A DNA stretch of 64,000 nucleotides from Octopus sinensis (Eukaryota): NCBI RefSeq assembly GCF_006345805.1, contig NC_043019.1, positions 25,357,360-25,421,359 on the forward strand. Reading direction: 5' to 3'. This document shows positions 1 to 12,420 of the stretch, piece by piece. Position 1 is the first letter of the stretch. Each line of letters opens with the position of its first letter. The notes below the pieces were generated by a model that was given only the letters and a program-made list of their open reading frames with translations, was not told the DNA's origin and made no database searches. A program made the translations under genes and the position numbers.

Positions 1-1172
1 TATCTTCTTTACGACCCTTCTTTACTTCTTTCTACTTTTCAGTTTTTGTCTCATTCATTCACACAATCTCATTCACTGTCTGACTTTCACACTTTCCTTC
101 TCTCTCTCTTTCACTCTCTCTCCCCCATCTCTCTCTCTCTCTCTCTCCCATCTCTCTCTTTCACTCTCCCATCTCTCTCTCTCTCTCTCTCTCTCTCCCC
201 CATCTCTCTCTCTTCATCACTACTAAATGCTGCTCCATGGCTTTAATTCTCAGGTGAATCACTTAGAATCACTCCTTCATTGGCCCCATTCTAGAATTTC
301 TGCCTATATTCAATGACCCAGAGATCATTGGAGACCTCCACTGGGTTGCTTTTCCCTCAAAACATAGTGAAGTGGGATGGAGACCTTCAGAAGTGACCCA
401 GAAAGAGAATCAGGATATCCTTCATGAAATGTTTGAGGGGGTGGGTCTTGTGACCAATTTTCTAGGGTTCTGATTGGTTTATTGACCCTTTCTGTGTTCA
501 GCACTGTGTCTGTTGGTGAGGCAGTTAACTTTTGCTAGCTCACTTCACCTAATTGCACATAGGTACCATGAGGTGGTGAAGACAGTTGGAACTTTATATG
601 ATGAACCATTTCTGTTGTTTTGCTGGTCCAGCAGACATAGCAAAGCACTTAACAAAATGCCTATTTAACTATGGGAAGAAGTAGTTTCCGAGTTCAATCC
701 CTAGCTTAGTCCCCAAATAAGCCACCCACTAACCTGTACTTTCACAAATTGTTTCAGGTGATGTCATTTATTTTCAGTTGAGTAGATTGGAATCATGTGA
801 AATGATGAGCCTTGCTCAAGGACAGAATATGTTGCCTGGTCCAGGAGTCAGACCCAACACCTTAACCACTAAGCCATGCACTTTCATAGACATAGCATAC
901 ACACACACACACACTTACAAGACTACAAGTGGGGTCTTATATCCCATTTGGGTTAATTTTTATATGTATGCTGCTCCTAGAACCAACCCTGAGTCAGATC
1001 TACGGTTTAAATTAGATTTGGTACTGACATGTCTAGAGTCCCCTACCAAAGCATGATACTTTCATGGTTGTTTTATCTCACTGTGAGCCCTCTGTTATTG
1101 TACCTAGCCATTTGTGGCATCCTCTGTGCTGATGTGCCTAGATTCTATTGAATCCTCTAACTAATTAATCTA

Positions 1173-1405
1173 TACGGTAATCCCTTGCTATATCATGGTT
1201 CACCTATCGCAGTTTATTATTTAAGCTTATGTCGATTCCTCCATGGTGGTTTTGCTTTTATAATAAAATAAATATATACAAATTATAAAAATAATAAAAC
1301 AAGATAAGCTGTACAGTACTGTTTCTACTTTGCGGATTTTCACTTATCGCGGGGTGTGGGTGAGTTTTGGAATGTAACACCCACGATAGTCAAGGGATTA
1401 CTGTT
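1173..1405. mobile_element. Tigger/pogo-like MITE
   Basis: Termini ta-cggtaatcccttg ... caagggattactg are inverted repeats of the CAGTAATCCC Tigger type. Confidence 0.7.
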
Positions 1406-1939
1406 AGTGTGTGTGTGAGTGAGTAAGTGATTAGAGATAGCTGTCCAAATTAATTTGTTAATCTTTATCTTTGCTGTATGAGGAGTTACTAATGAAGTGA
1501 AAATATCAGCAAATTTCTGGAGATCTTGGTCTGATTTTCAGTTTGGCTTTTTCAACACCTCAATGTAATCTTAATGATAATTTTGGTCATGGCATGAACA
1601 TCACAACCTTCTGTTTCTTTCTCTATCTCTCTCTCTCTCTCTCATATAAATCATCCAAGCTTTTGTACTTCCTTCCTCATTACCCCTGATCCCCCCCTCT
1701 CTCTCCCTCCTTGTCAAATAAATCTCAGGATGTTTATCAGTCTGGGTTAAGTGTTGCACCTGGTTCTGTCTTCTTCTTCTTTAGCAATTCTATTCATGTC
1801 TACAATACATCGTAGAAATGAAAACACTGTGTGAACCCAATACTTTATGCTTGCTTACTGTTTAAACAGCAAAATCTGTGGTGTTTTGCATCCAAGAAAA
1901 ATCCTTTTAAAGATGTATAGTGCTAAAAACATAATATAC

Positions 1940-2024
1940 TTCAGAAGAAACTGTAAGCAGGACAGACATGGTATTTCACTGTGATTGCAGCTCATCAGTG
2001 TTACATGCTTGTATCACTTCTGAA
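1940..2024 (-). ncRNA. Type I hammerhead ribozyme motif
   Basis: The minus strand reads AAGCA-UGUA-ACA-CUGAUGA-GCUG-CAAUCA-CAGU-GAAA-UA-CCA-UG-UC^-UGU-CC-UGCUU, closed further out by UUCAGAAG/CUUCUGAA. Intact core, stems I-III, GUC cleavage triplet. Confidence 0.8.
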
Positions 2025-2093
2025 ACGAAATTGAAATTGCTAATCTTACAGCTTCTGTAAATTGAATTTATCATCAGTATATTAAATCAACTT

Positions 2094-2212
2094 GGCCTGC
2101 TCGCTTAGCCAGCGGGGTGGTGTCATTTGAAGGCTAAAGCAATGCGAAGCACATTGTGACCAGTGATGTGTAGCAACATCTGATAGCCTGGTCGGTGACG
2201 GTGATCACTGTG
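2094..2212. mobile_element. Short truncated retroposon with 15-bp target-site duplication
   Basis: atattaaatcaactt occurs at both 2079-2093 and 2213-2227 around a GC-richer 119-bp insert. Confidence 0.7.
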
Positions 2213-3010
2213 ATATTAAATCAACTTAGTGTCTAACTCGATGTTTCTCAATTGAAGCTCCCAGGGCCGCATGTGGCCCTCAAGCATCCTTCTGTTGGCC
2301 TTTGATAATCTTCCCTCTATAAATTTCTCTTTAATTGATTTGCTTTTTACTTTTTTTGGTGTAGCCCACTAAAAAAAAAGTTTACTGTGGAACACAGCGA
2401 AACTTCTCTGTAGCTGATTTGAACTTCTGACCAAGGAGTTGGTTATAATACTTTATCCACTTGACCATTTCACTTCTACAAATGACTCCACCCCAACCTC
2501 CACATCAGTTTTATCTGCTGATGGATTATCAGTGTGCCAGACAGGCTTATCTCTCTCTTTGTGGATTTTTTTTTTTTAAATTTATAAAATTGGTGTGTTT
2601 GTAAGTGTTAAAAGAGGTGAAATTCCATAGCATTCTTGAAATGTTGCAGGTTGTAGAGAAGTGAGGCGGATCCTCCCTGTCCCTGAAGATGGTTCCAGAA
2701 AGTGGAGGTGTTCGGAACAAAGTGATGTTAGGCATGGCGGTGAGTGTAGTAGGGTACCTGAGGACAGCCGTAGACAAGATTAGTTACCAGTTAATCCCTT
2801 CATCCTTAATCTGCACCCATCACTGTCATCATCATAATCATTTACATCATTATCGACATCAATGTCATCACCACCACCATCATTATCATTATATAGACAT
2901 GGTAATGCTATTCTAAACCTGTGATCTGGCATCACACCTGAACTAATAAGATAATTAAAGGTATAGGGAAATAAATTAGTAACACTGTTACTAATTATAA
3001 TAATAATAAT

Positions 3011-3165
3011 AGCATCGAAAAATACCTTAGGAATGAGAACCCTGGTTCAAAATTTCCCCAAGGCACTTGAAGAAAGCTGGAGAGTATATCAGCCGAAATG
3101 TTGTGTTCACAACAAACAAGATGAGGACAAAATATTCATCAAATGTAAATAATGTAAATAATTCT
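3011..3165 (+). mobile_element. Short Penelope-type (pLTR-like) repeat carrying a decayed minimal hammerhead at 3062-3107
   Basis: GGCAC-UUGAAGA-A-AGCUG-loop-CAGCC-GAAA-UG-UU-GUGUU is the minimal hammerhead layout of Penelope-like elements, here with C3 changed to U. Confidence 0.5.
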
Positions 3166-5299
3166 TTGATGGAGAGATTTAACTAACACTTTTGTTACTT
3201 TATTTTTGTTAAACTACATTGTCTTTGCTTCAGTTAATTACTCTGCTATATTTAGTGACTATTTTAAGCAATGAGTTTGTGGACAATTAAGGGGTTGGAT
3301 GGGTGCTGATGATGGAGCAAAAACATATGTCATATACGCCCATGACCCGTTTTCCATCTTCAGTCTTGTTACTGTTTACATCAAGCATCTCAGATCAGTG
3401 CCAGTTATAATTTCTATAGGAAATCGTTAGAGATAACCTTAACAAGTAATGAAGAATTTAGGGAAATAACCTTGTCATTATTAAGTTGTTATTTGGAAAA
3501 TTTGATGAAACTTTGTAGAACTCTGTTTCAAATTGTTTGGCAGTATTTATGCCTCACCAGGTGACAAATTTGTCATATATATATATATATATATATATAC
3601 ATAAATATATTCTTGGTCTGGGAATGAACTCACAAACGTTTGTTTCGTATATAATTCTAATGTTCTTATCCACCAGACCATTAAGGAATCAACTCTGTCG
3701 GCACTGATTATGGAAAACTCAGTAAATCCACTTCCCAGTCGCAGGGTTCCAGGGTCAGTCCTACTTTGTGACACCTAAGACAAGATAGGTGTCGTCTGTC
3801 ATTGCTACCAAGTTGACTGATGACAACATCATCATCATCGTTTAACGTCTGCTTTCCATGCTAGCATGGGTTGGACAACGAAATGAAAATTTGGTTGACG
3901 GAAACTGTGTGGAAGCTTGCCAGATGCGTGTGGGTATATGCGTGTGTGTGTGGTGTGTGTGTGTGTGTGTGGATGACAATATTTGTGGTATTTCAATCAA
4001 CCACCACTATCATCATCATCTTCATTATTCCATTTCATATTTGACCTCTCTGATCCATTTCCTTGTAGTCCCCTTAGCCGATCCCTTAGTCAACCCAAGT
4101 CTCTCGATCCCTGCATTAGTAATAACCAGACTTAGAGGTTAGTCAGCAGCCCCTCTCAACAACCCACATTTTCACTCACCTACATCAGACCTTTCTTTCC
4201 TTCCAAGATGTGCCTCCTTTAGCTGCAGTATTTGTTGTCTTCCTCTGAATGTAGTTAACCCCAAATTCTACCAAGCACATGCAGCCTGTTATGTCTACCC
4301 CCAGAAACCCTTTATTTGTTTTGCAGCCCACTTTAATATTGCCATGGGTGAGGCTTAGTCTCAACCCAATCCTGATTAAACTGGCTTTTGATCAAATGCT
4401 TTCCAATTGTGACCACCCTGTCTTATGATTCACACACTATATATACGTTTATACTAGTGAATATGTCCTTTATCTTTATTTTTTAAATGTATTAAGGTGA
4501 GATTTGATGGAGATTTAACTGTTGAATTTAACAAGTCAATCTTTAATGTAGAGGTTCACTGGTTAATTCTTAATTTTGTTTGAGCAACACAAAAAAAAAT
4601 CTCTCCTTCTCTTTCCCCCATTCTGTCTGTCTGTCTTTCTCTGTTCTTCTCCCTCCCTCTGTCCTCCTGTCTCTTTTCTCTCCATCTCGCCTCCCTTTTT
4701 GTTTCTCCCTCCTCTCTCCCCACTCCTCACTACCGCTTTATCTAATTGCCTGTTTGTGTGTGTTTGTGTGTCTCTCTCTCTCCCCTCTTTGTCCTCTCTC
4801 CATCCACCCTCTCCCTCCACCAGTATTTGATTTTTTCCTGTTCCTAATAAACAATCCACCTCCAACAATATAAACGTGCTGAGGTCATCTTTATTGATCG
4901 TCTACCCTTTCTCCACCATTGTTGATGTTTCGACCTACACGCGTTTATAGTAAAGTCTTTGTTTAAAAAAAAACCCCTACAAGGTCTCACAAAAATTAAG
5001 ACCCTATACATCACTCAATTATTTTATCTCCCACTTCTGCTTTTTTTTTTTCACTTTTTGTGCAGCCCTTAACGGTAGATGAACTCCGCTACTCAAAATT
5101 TATTCGGTTTTGTTGCCTGATCAATTAAAAGAATACAAAATCAATTTCGTTTTTTACACAGACATAAAACCTGAGATATTTTAAGGGGAAAGTCAATGTA
5201 ATGTTTGATCGTTTATGCCCTTCTCATGGCATAAATTAACAACAAAAGCCACCCTAAGTGTTTCTGGAAGAACACCGTTTAATATATCTGAAGGTTTCG

Positions 5300-5630
5300 T
5301 TAGGTTCTGAGTTCAATTTCCTCCGAGATCGACTTTGCCTTTCATTCTCTCGGGGTCGATAAATAAAGTACCAGTTTCGCACTGGGTCGATGTAATCGAC
5401 TTAATAATAATAATAATAATAATTGTGTACAGTGCTCAGGTGCACTACAACTCATCTAAAGTGTATATATAATCAGGTGTAGTTTCGGCGGATTTCGGAA
5501 AGCATGAGGGCCTTAAAGGATGCAGTGTCATGGCAGTCAACAACTGACGCAGGCAGTTTATTCCATGCCCCTTTGTCTGTCCTTGTTTGTCCCCTCTATG
5601 TTTTAGCCCCTCGTCGGTAGTAAAGAAATA
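5300..5630 (+). mobile_element. SINE family B copy, interrupted by an antisense CR1-like LINE 3' end (about 5402-5568)
   Basis: The SINE body matches other copies in the window. The insert translates on the minus strand as AWNKLPASVVDCHDTASFKAL...* and has a (TTA)n tail. Confidence 0.7.
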
Positions 5631-5704
5631 TATATCTGGTGAAGGTTAAAGGGAAATAACCGTGGAAATCACGACTTCACGTTCCTTCATTTCAACGGAT
5701 TCTA

Positions 5705-5747
<43 letters not shown>

Positions 5748-6357
5748 CCTTTTTCTTTCTGGTTAATTTACATGCCTCACTCTTTCCTTCATATCTTCCT
5801 CTCTTTCTCAAATACTGTCTCTTCCTTTGTTTTTCTGATATTCTCGCTCTCTTTCTTTGTCTCCTTCTCCCACCTCCCAGTCTCCCTTTACCAAACACAA
5901 TATGGAATTGTTAATCCGTATCATCTGCCCATCACATCGACACCCAAACCCTCAACAATTGCTATCATTGTGCTTTATGTTAATAGATCATACATCCCAC
6001 CCTGACCTAACTGAAATCCATTACAAACCGACACACTACAACACAGTTACTTCCCTTCCATTTGCTCGCTTTCTGTGTCTCTTCAACAACCAATTTTTGA
6101 TTAGCATCAAACGAAAAACGCAACAAACAAATATAAATAATTATTAAAAAGCTGTCTTTGTTTGAGAAGACAACTTTTTTTATTATCAATGTAGCTATTG
6201 TCTGAGTATGAACCTAAAGGTGTTTTTTTTTTTTTTTAAATAATTTTATATATTTGGGAACAATATTACTGTTGTTAGATATTTCAGATCTGAAAAACGG
6301 TTTAGTAAACAAGTTCCAAAACATTTTTTGTCATAGAACCAGAATCTTTATACGATT

Positions 6358-6631
6358 GGATCTTTTCCTTTTGAACGGCAGTTTTCAACACAATTTCTAG
6401 TTAACTATGTTTCAGTTTTAGATGCAGCAAATGATTTTAGCTCAGTAGAGGCCATTGATTGGTTAAAATTCGAAAAATTAAACTACGTTAAACTTACAAA
6501 TTACAATTTTCTCAGGAAAGCCAAGAGAAAAAAATGTTTTATTTTGACACATTCTACCAGTATACGAAGTTTAAAAGTGTTTAGTTAACTAGAAATTGTG
6601 TTGAAAACTGCCGTTCAAAAGGAAAAGATCC
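6358..6631. mobile_element. MITE with perfect 50-bp TIRs and 8-bp TSD
   Basis: 6358-6407 is the exact reverse complement of 6582-6631; flanks are atacgatt and ataccatt (7/8 identical). Confidence 0.85.
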
Positions 6632-7189
6632 ATACCATTTTCCATAAAGCATAAAACTCCTCCTCTATATGCTACTGACAATTCCTGCTACTTTTTATTC
6701 CCATAAAACATCAAATATTTTGTTTTGGTATGAGGAGCAGAATGGAGAATCTTTAAAAGCTAGCTTAGATAGACTTGGTAGTTATAAGTGCTAGATAGAT
6801 GTCTGTCATTGTTGAGAGATATTAACTTCTGGAATGACACAAAACAAAGCGTTAATGTTTATTTTACAAGGAAGCATCTGGGTCACAATGTATGACATGA
6901 TGTGGACTGCTGGTTCCTTGTTTTAATTGAAACCTTAACCTTTTTGAACCCTTGAGGTTATGGAGTTAAGGCCAACGATAGGCCGATGCTCCCAGCCCTC
7001 TTCACCCCCAACCCCGTGTACTGACAGTCAGAGCCAGGTGAGCCTGGGGTTTACGTCAGGTGGGGTGGTCACATGCTGAAGTAGGGACTGAGACTTCTAC
7101 CCAAAACCTGAAAATATTGGTGTTACACCAACGAATAATGGAAACACCCATCAGTATACCTGTCGTCTTTTTTATTAAACACACATACT

Positions 7190-7307
7190 TGTCTGTCTGT
7201 CTGTCTCTCTGTCTAGCTATGTATCTACCTACCTACCTGTCTGTCTGTCTGCCTATCTACCTGTTTGTCTGTCTGTCTATCTACCTGTCTGCCTTTTCAC
7301 CTGTCTG

Positions 7308-7351
<44 letters not shown>

Positions 7352-7560
7352 CCTGTCTGTCTGTCTATCCTCTCTGTCTGTCTATCTATTTATCTACCTG
7401 TCTGTCTGTTTATCTGTCTATCTGCCAATCTGTCTGTCTATCTACCAATCTGTCTATCTGCCTATCTCTGTCTGTCTGCCTATCTGTCTGTCTATCTGTC
7501 TGCCTATCTATCTATCTGTCTGCCTGTCTGTCCATCTGTCCATCCATTCATCCATCCATC
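7190..7560. repeat. (TCTG)n/(TCTA)n compound tetranucleotide microsatellite
   Basis: Directly visible. Confidence 0.95.
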
Positions 7561-7887
7561 CAGTTGCTAAAAAACATTAGAAACTTTGAGAGAACATGAA
7601 ATAATTCATTTTGGGAACAGTGTGTCTTCAAGCAGATAAAGCTATAAAGAACAGCAAATAAATATTGGGTTTAAAAAATGCATTGTTAAATGCTGCCCGT
7701 GGAACATGCACTAACATTCTTCTGTAAACGTAAAGTTTTACAATGTCAACAACCTACAATTCTTGGTGGTAAGAATAAAGTTTCTAAAATGGGAAGAGAA
7801 ATTCAAAGGATTCTATATATTCAGTCACTACTTTAAGTATGGTACTCAGATTGCTATTTTGAACTAATACTGCTGCTGTTGCTCATA

Positions 7888-7929
<42 letters not shown>

Positions 7930-8262
7930 ATGTATGTGTGTGTGTATGTATGTATATATGTGTGTGTATGTATGTATGTATATATGTATGTATATATATC
8001 CATGTATATATATATGTATATGTATGTTTCGTCAAGCCAGGTGAAAGTGTAGCTGTGGCCAATGCCAATGGCACATAAAGAGCACCCATTACACTCTTGG
8101 AATGGTTGGCATTAGGAAAGGTATCCAGTAGCAGAAACCATGCCAAATCAGATTGGAACCTGGTGCAGCTCTCCAGCTTGCCAATTTCACTCAAGCCATC
8201 TAACCCATGCCGGCATCGAAAGCAGACGTTAAACAGTGATGATGATACATATATATATTCTT

Positions 8263-8668
8263 CTATTCTTTTACTTGTTTCAGTCATTTGACTGTGGCCA
8301 TGCTGGAGCACTGCCTTTAAGTCAAACAAATTGACCCCAGGACTTATTCTTTGTCAGACCAGTATTTATTCTATTGGTCTTTTTTGCTGAACTGCTGAGT
8401 TACGGGGTTGTAAACACACCAACATTGGTTGTCAAAGTGACAGTAGGGGGGGGGTCCAAACACAAACACACAAATGCACACACACACACACACATATGTA
8501 TACTCACATGACGGGCTTCTTTCAGTTTCCATCTATCAAATCCATTCACAAGGCTTGGGTCGGCCCGAGGCTATAGCAGAAGACTCTTACCCAAGGTGCC
8601 ACGCAGTGGGACTAAACTCAGAACCATGTAGTCATGAAGCAAGCTTCTTCCCACACAGCCACCTCTGT
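8263..8668 (-). mobile_element. SINE family A copy (diverged)
   Basis: Reverse complement of the ~400-bp element at 10951-11355. Confidence 0.8.
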
Positions 8669-8837
8669 ACCATACATATATTACAGACGCACACACACAT
8701 CATAATAAAATCATTAAAAAGAAGGGAAACAAAGAAACAAAGGAGGAAGGTTGGTGTGTACATAAAAGAATGAAGTCTGTTTGTGTGATTTTTGTTGCTC
8801 GATTTAACTGTGTTTCCTTTTTCGTGTGCATTTGCAG

Positions 8838-8956
8838 GAGGTTCACAGCATGACAGCCAAGAGGATTACGAGTATGACTTAATGGAAGGTCTCAGTTCTG
8901 ATGAGGAGGAAAATATCAAAATATCGAAAGTCAAGTTTAGTCGTGAACCGATCAAA
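8838..8956 (+). CDS. PPP1R9A/B: Neurabin/spinophilin-like exon A (first exon seen): acidic stretch and PP1-docking RVxF motif (GSQHDSQEDYEYDLMEGLSSDEEENIKISKVKFSREPIK)
   Basis: Acceptor tttgcag|, donor |gtaagt; 119 nt, phase 1 to 0. KVKFSREPIK matches the spinophilin RKIHFSTAPIQ and neurabin RKIKF region, and splices in frame to exon B. Confidence 0.9.
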
Positions 8957-9170
8957 GTAAGTCAACGGCAGCTATGCTTTCTAACAGAATCGGTAGAGCA
9001 TCAAACTAAATGACCTGTGCTTTTTATTCATATTGTCTGTTCCTTATGTCTTTCTTGATTAGATAAAATATATACCAGTCATATACTGGTATCAATGTAA
9101 TCTACTGTGCCAATTTGAGTGACAAACGAACATAATGGGTGGAGCAATCACAGTTGCCACATTTACTTAT

Positions 9171-9590
9171 CTCAAGCATTTGTCTTATGAAGAAAGGCTG
9201 AAGACGCTCGACCTTTATTCTCTACAAAAATGACGACACCGTGGTGATCTCATTCTTGCTCACAACATCATAAGCAGAAAGTGTAACCTCTCGAAAGAGC
9301 TGTTCTTCACTCCTGCTCCAGAGTGTCGGCTGCGGGGTCACTCCGAAAAGCTCTATCTGTGACGATTTCATCTCAATCAAAGGAGAGGGGCTTTCTCCGT
9401 CCAGGTTGCGGATCCGTGGAATAAGCTGCTGGACAAGATAGTGAAGATGCCGATGACCGCTCAGTTCAAAGTCTCTCTTGACCAGAAATGGCCTGAACTC
9501 TTTGCATGAACACCCTCCCTGTACATAACTCCATGTCCCCCTACATGGCCTTGCTTTTTGAGCCAAAAAATTAACTTAACTTAACTTAAC
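9171..9590 (+). mobile_element. CR1-type LINE 3' end (ORF2 C-terminus, 3' UTR, (TTAAC)n tail)
   Basis: Translates LKHLSYEERLKTLDLYSLQK*RHRGDLI...LRGHSEKL...FSVQVADPWNKL...FKVSLD, ending TGA at 9507-9509; (ttaac)4 at 9571-9590. Confidence 0.9.
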
Positions 9591-10189
9591 GTGAGAAACT
9601 TAACACAAATTGACAATTGGGGTTAATATGGTTAAATAGGTTGTTTTATATGAAAACTATAAAAAATTAAGGGGAGGGGGATAAAATATATTACTGATTT
9701 GTAAATATAAAATGTAATGAAAGGGTTAAAAATTCTGAGTAAAAAATAAGTTTTTGCAAATTTTCTAACTGAAGTTTTAAAAGTTATGATTTTCTTTTTA
9801 CCCTCTACACTAAACAGTTTAATCTCTGTTTTTCTTTCTATCTAGAATGGAAAAACAGTGACGATATCTTTTATAATAACTGATTTTATTCCCCATATTT
9901 TTAATATATTTTTTTCTTCCAGTTTTTTAATAAATTTGTTCAAATTCTTTAATCCTTTTAAATTTCACCATTGATAAATTGGATTACCTCCCTTAGATTC
10001 ATTTTGTGTTTTACAATGGAGAACAGACTTGGGTCCCGTGTCTATGAGGAAGTATTCTTATCATTATTGTTAATAAGGCTGCCAGTGAGCAGAATCATTA
10101 AAGTGTCAGACCAAATACTTTGTGGTATTTCTTCCAGCTCTTTAGGAGAACTCTTCTGAATTCTAATACCACTGACGTCAACTTTGCCT

Positions 10190-10395
10190 TATGCCGGGCG
10201 AAATGCGTAGCTGTATTTCGTCTGCCGTTACGTTTTGAGTTCAAATTCCGCCGAGGTCGACTTTGCTTTTCATCCTTTCGGGGTCGATTAAATAAGTATT
10301 AGTCACGCACTGGGGTCGATATAATCGACTTAATCCGTTTGTCTGTCCTTGTTTGTCCTCTCTGTGTTTAGCCCCTTGTGGGTAGTAAAGAAATA
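10190..10395 (+). mobile_element. SINE family B copy
   Basis: B-box-like gagttcaaattcc and a body shared with 29908-30140 and 39796-40014. Confidence 0.8.
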
Positions 10396-10950
10396 GATTA
10401 AGTACCAGTCAATTACTAACCCTGACCTTCCCTAAAATTGCTGGCCTTGTGCCAAAATTAGAAAGAATTATTGTTATTGTTAATTAAGCGGGGAGTTAGT
10501 ACAATAGTAGAGCTAAACTAAATACTAACAAGTATTTAGTTACGTTCTTTAAATACTGCACTGGGAGACACTGCACCAATATGTGCAAAGGAAGAGCAGC
10601 TGCCATGGTTTGTCCAATTTCTGTCTTGTGGCCATCACCAGAATGGTTAATAATGTGGCACTGGGTTCCCTTCCCATAGTGGATGGTCATGGCTAGAATG
10701 TCTTTGAGTATATGTTTGTCTGTTCAGGTTTGACCTGGGGTTAAACAATGAGCTGCATCAATGAAGGGAACCATGTAGCTACTTGATTTGCTGGAAATAG
10801 CAGCCAAATCTCATTCAGATCATACACTGCCATTGTAAATGGGCAAGAAACATTAGATACTGTAATAAATACAGAATTTATCTGATCCAGGTTTGGTGTG
10901 TGTCAGCACAGTAAATATATATCCCAAGTAATATTAGTGCAGTATACATA

Positions 10951-11355
10951 CGCAGGAGTGGCTGTGTGGTAAGTAGCTTGCTAATCAACCACATGGTTCC
11001 GGGTTCAGTCCCACTGCGTGGCATCTTGGGCAAGTGTCTTCTGCTATAGCCCCAGGCCGACCAATGCCTTGTGAGTGGATTTGGTAGACGGAAACTGAAA
11101 GAAGTCTGTCGTATATATATATATATATGTGTGTGTGTTTGTGTGTCTGTGTTTGTCTCCCTAGCATTGCTTAACAACCGATGCTGGTGTGTTTACGTCC
11201 CCGTCACTTAGCGGTTTGGCAAAAGAGACCGATAGAATAAGTACTGGGCTTACAAAAGAATAAGTCCCGGGGTCGAGTTGCTCGATTAAAGGTGGTGCTC
11301 CAGCATGGCCGCAGTCAAATGACTGAAACAAGTAAAAGAGTAAAAGAGTAAGAGT
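10951..11355 (+). mobile_element. tRNA-derived SINE family A, full length
   Basis: Head with A/B-box-like tggctgtgtgg and ggttcagtcc, internal (TA)(TG) tract, (gtaaaaga)n tail; near-identical to 35123-35527. Confidence 0.88.
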
Positions 11356-11688
11356 ATACCACCATCATCATCTGACATCCGTGTTCCATGCTAGCATGGG
11401 TGTGACAGTACCACAAGGGCTGGCCAGGCTGAAGCCTGCACTAGACTTCTGTGACTATTTTGGCTGGATTTTTACAGCTGGATGCCCTTCCTAACACCAA
11501 CCATTTTACACATCCAAAGTGTAAAATTCACCTCTTCAGGTGATTGTTTATATAAGTTCTTCAGAAGGTTTTGCTGTTATTTCACTCAGTCTGAGAATGT
11601 ATACTTCTTTTACTTGTTCCAGTCATTAGACTGTGGCCATGCTGGGGCATCACCTTGAAAAATTTTTAGTTGGACGAATCAGCACCAC

Positions 11689-12100
11689 TACTCTTTTACT
11701 CTTTTTACTCTGTTACTTGTTTCAGTCATTTTGACTGTGGCCATGCTGGAGCACCGCCTTTAGTCGAGCAAATCGACCCCGGGACTTATTCTTTGTAAGC
11801 CCAGTACTTATTCTATCAGTCTCTTTTGCCGAACCGCTAAGTGACGGGGACGTAAACACACCAGCATCGGTTGTCAAGCAATGCTAGAGGGACAAACACA
11901 GACACACAAACATATACATACACATACATATACATATATACGACAGGCTTCTTTCAGTTTCCGTCTACCAAATCCACTCACAAGGCTTTGGTCGGCCCGA
12001 AGCTATAGCAGAAGACACTTGCCCAAGATGCCACGCAGTGGGACTGAACCCGGAACCATGTGGTTGGTTAGCAAGCTACTTACCACACAGCCACTCCTGC
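11689..12100 (-). mobile_element. SINE family A, full length, nested in an older family A copy (11600-12195)
   Basis: Reverse complement of 10951-11355; the flanks continue an older same-family copy. Confidence 0.88.
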
Positions 12101-12389
12101 TACTTATTCTGTTGGGTTCGTTTTACTGAACTGCTAAGTTAGAAGGACAGAAACAAACCAACACCCATTGTCAAGTGGTGGTGGGTGACAACACGCTATT
12201 TACATTTGGATTTCAAATTTTGCCCAGAGATCAGCTTGGTGTTGCTCCCCCTCTAGGGGTCAAAAGGAAACTATCAATCAAGTACTGATGTCTGTTTAAC
12301 ATTCTTATAAAACATCCAGGATGTGAATAGAGATGAAAGAGGAGAGAAGTGTTGACTCACAATGACTACCACTAATCTTTGTCATCACC

Positions 12390-12420
<31 letters not shown>

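Noticed and set aside
2678-2720. CUGAAGA...GAAA hammerhead-like match
   Set aside because: Stem II would need a 2-nt loop and stems I and III pair poorly.
8474-12129. Recurrent peptides such as RLPNPLTRLWSARSYSRRHLPK as a protein family
   Set aside because: They are translations of multi-copy SINE family A.
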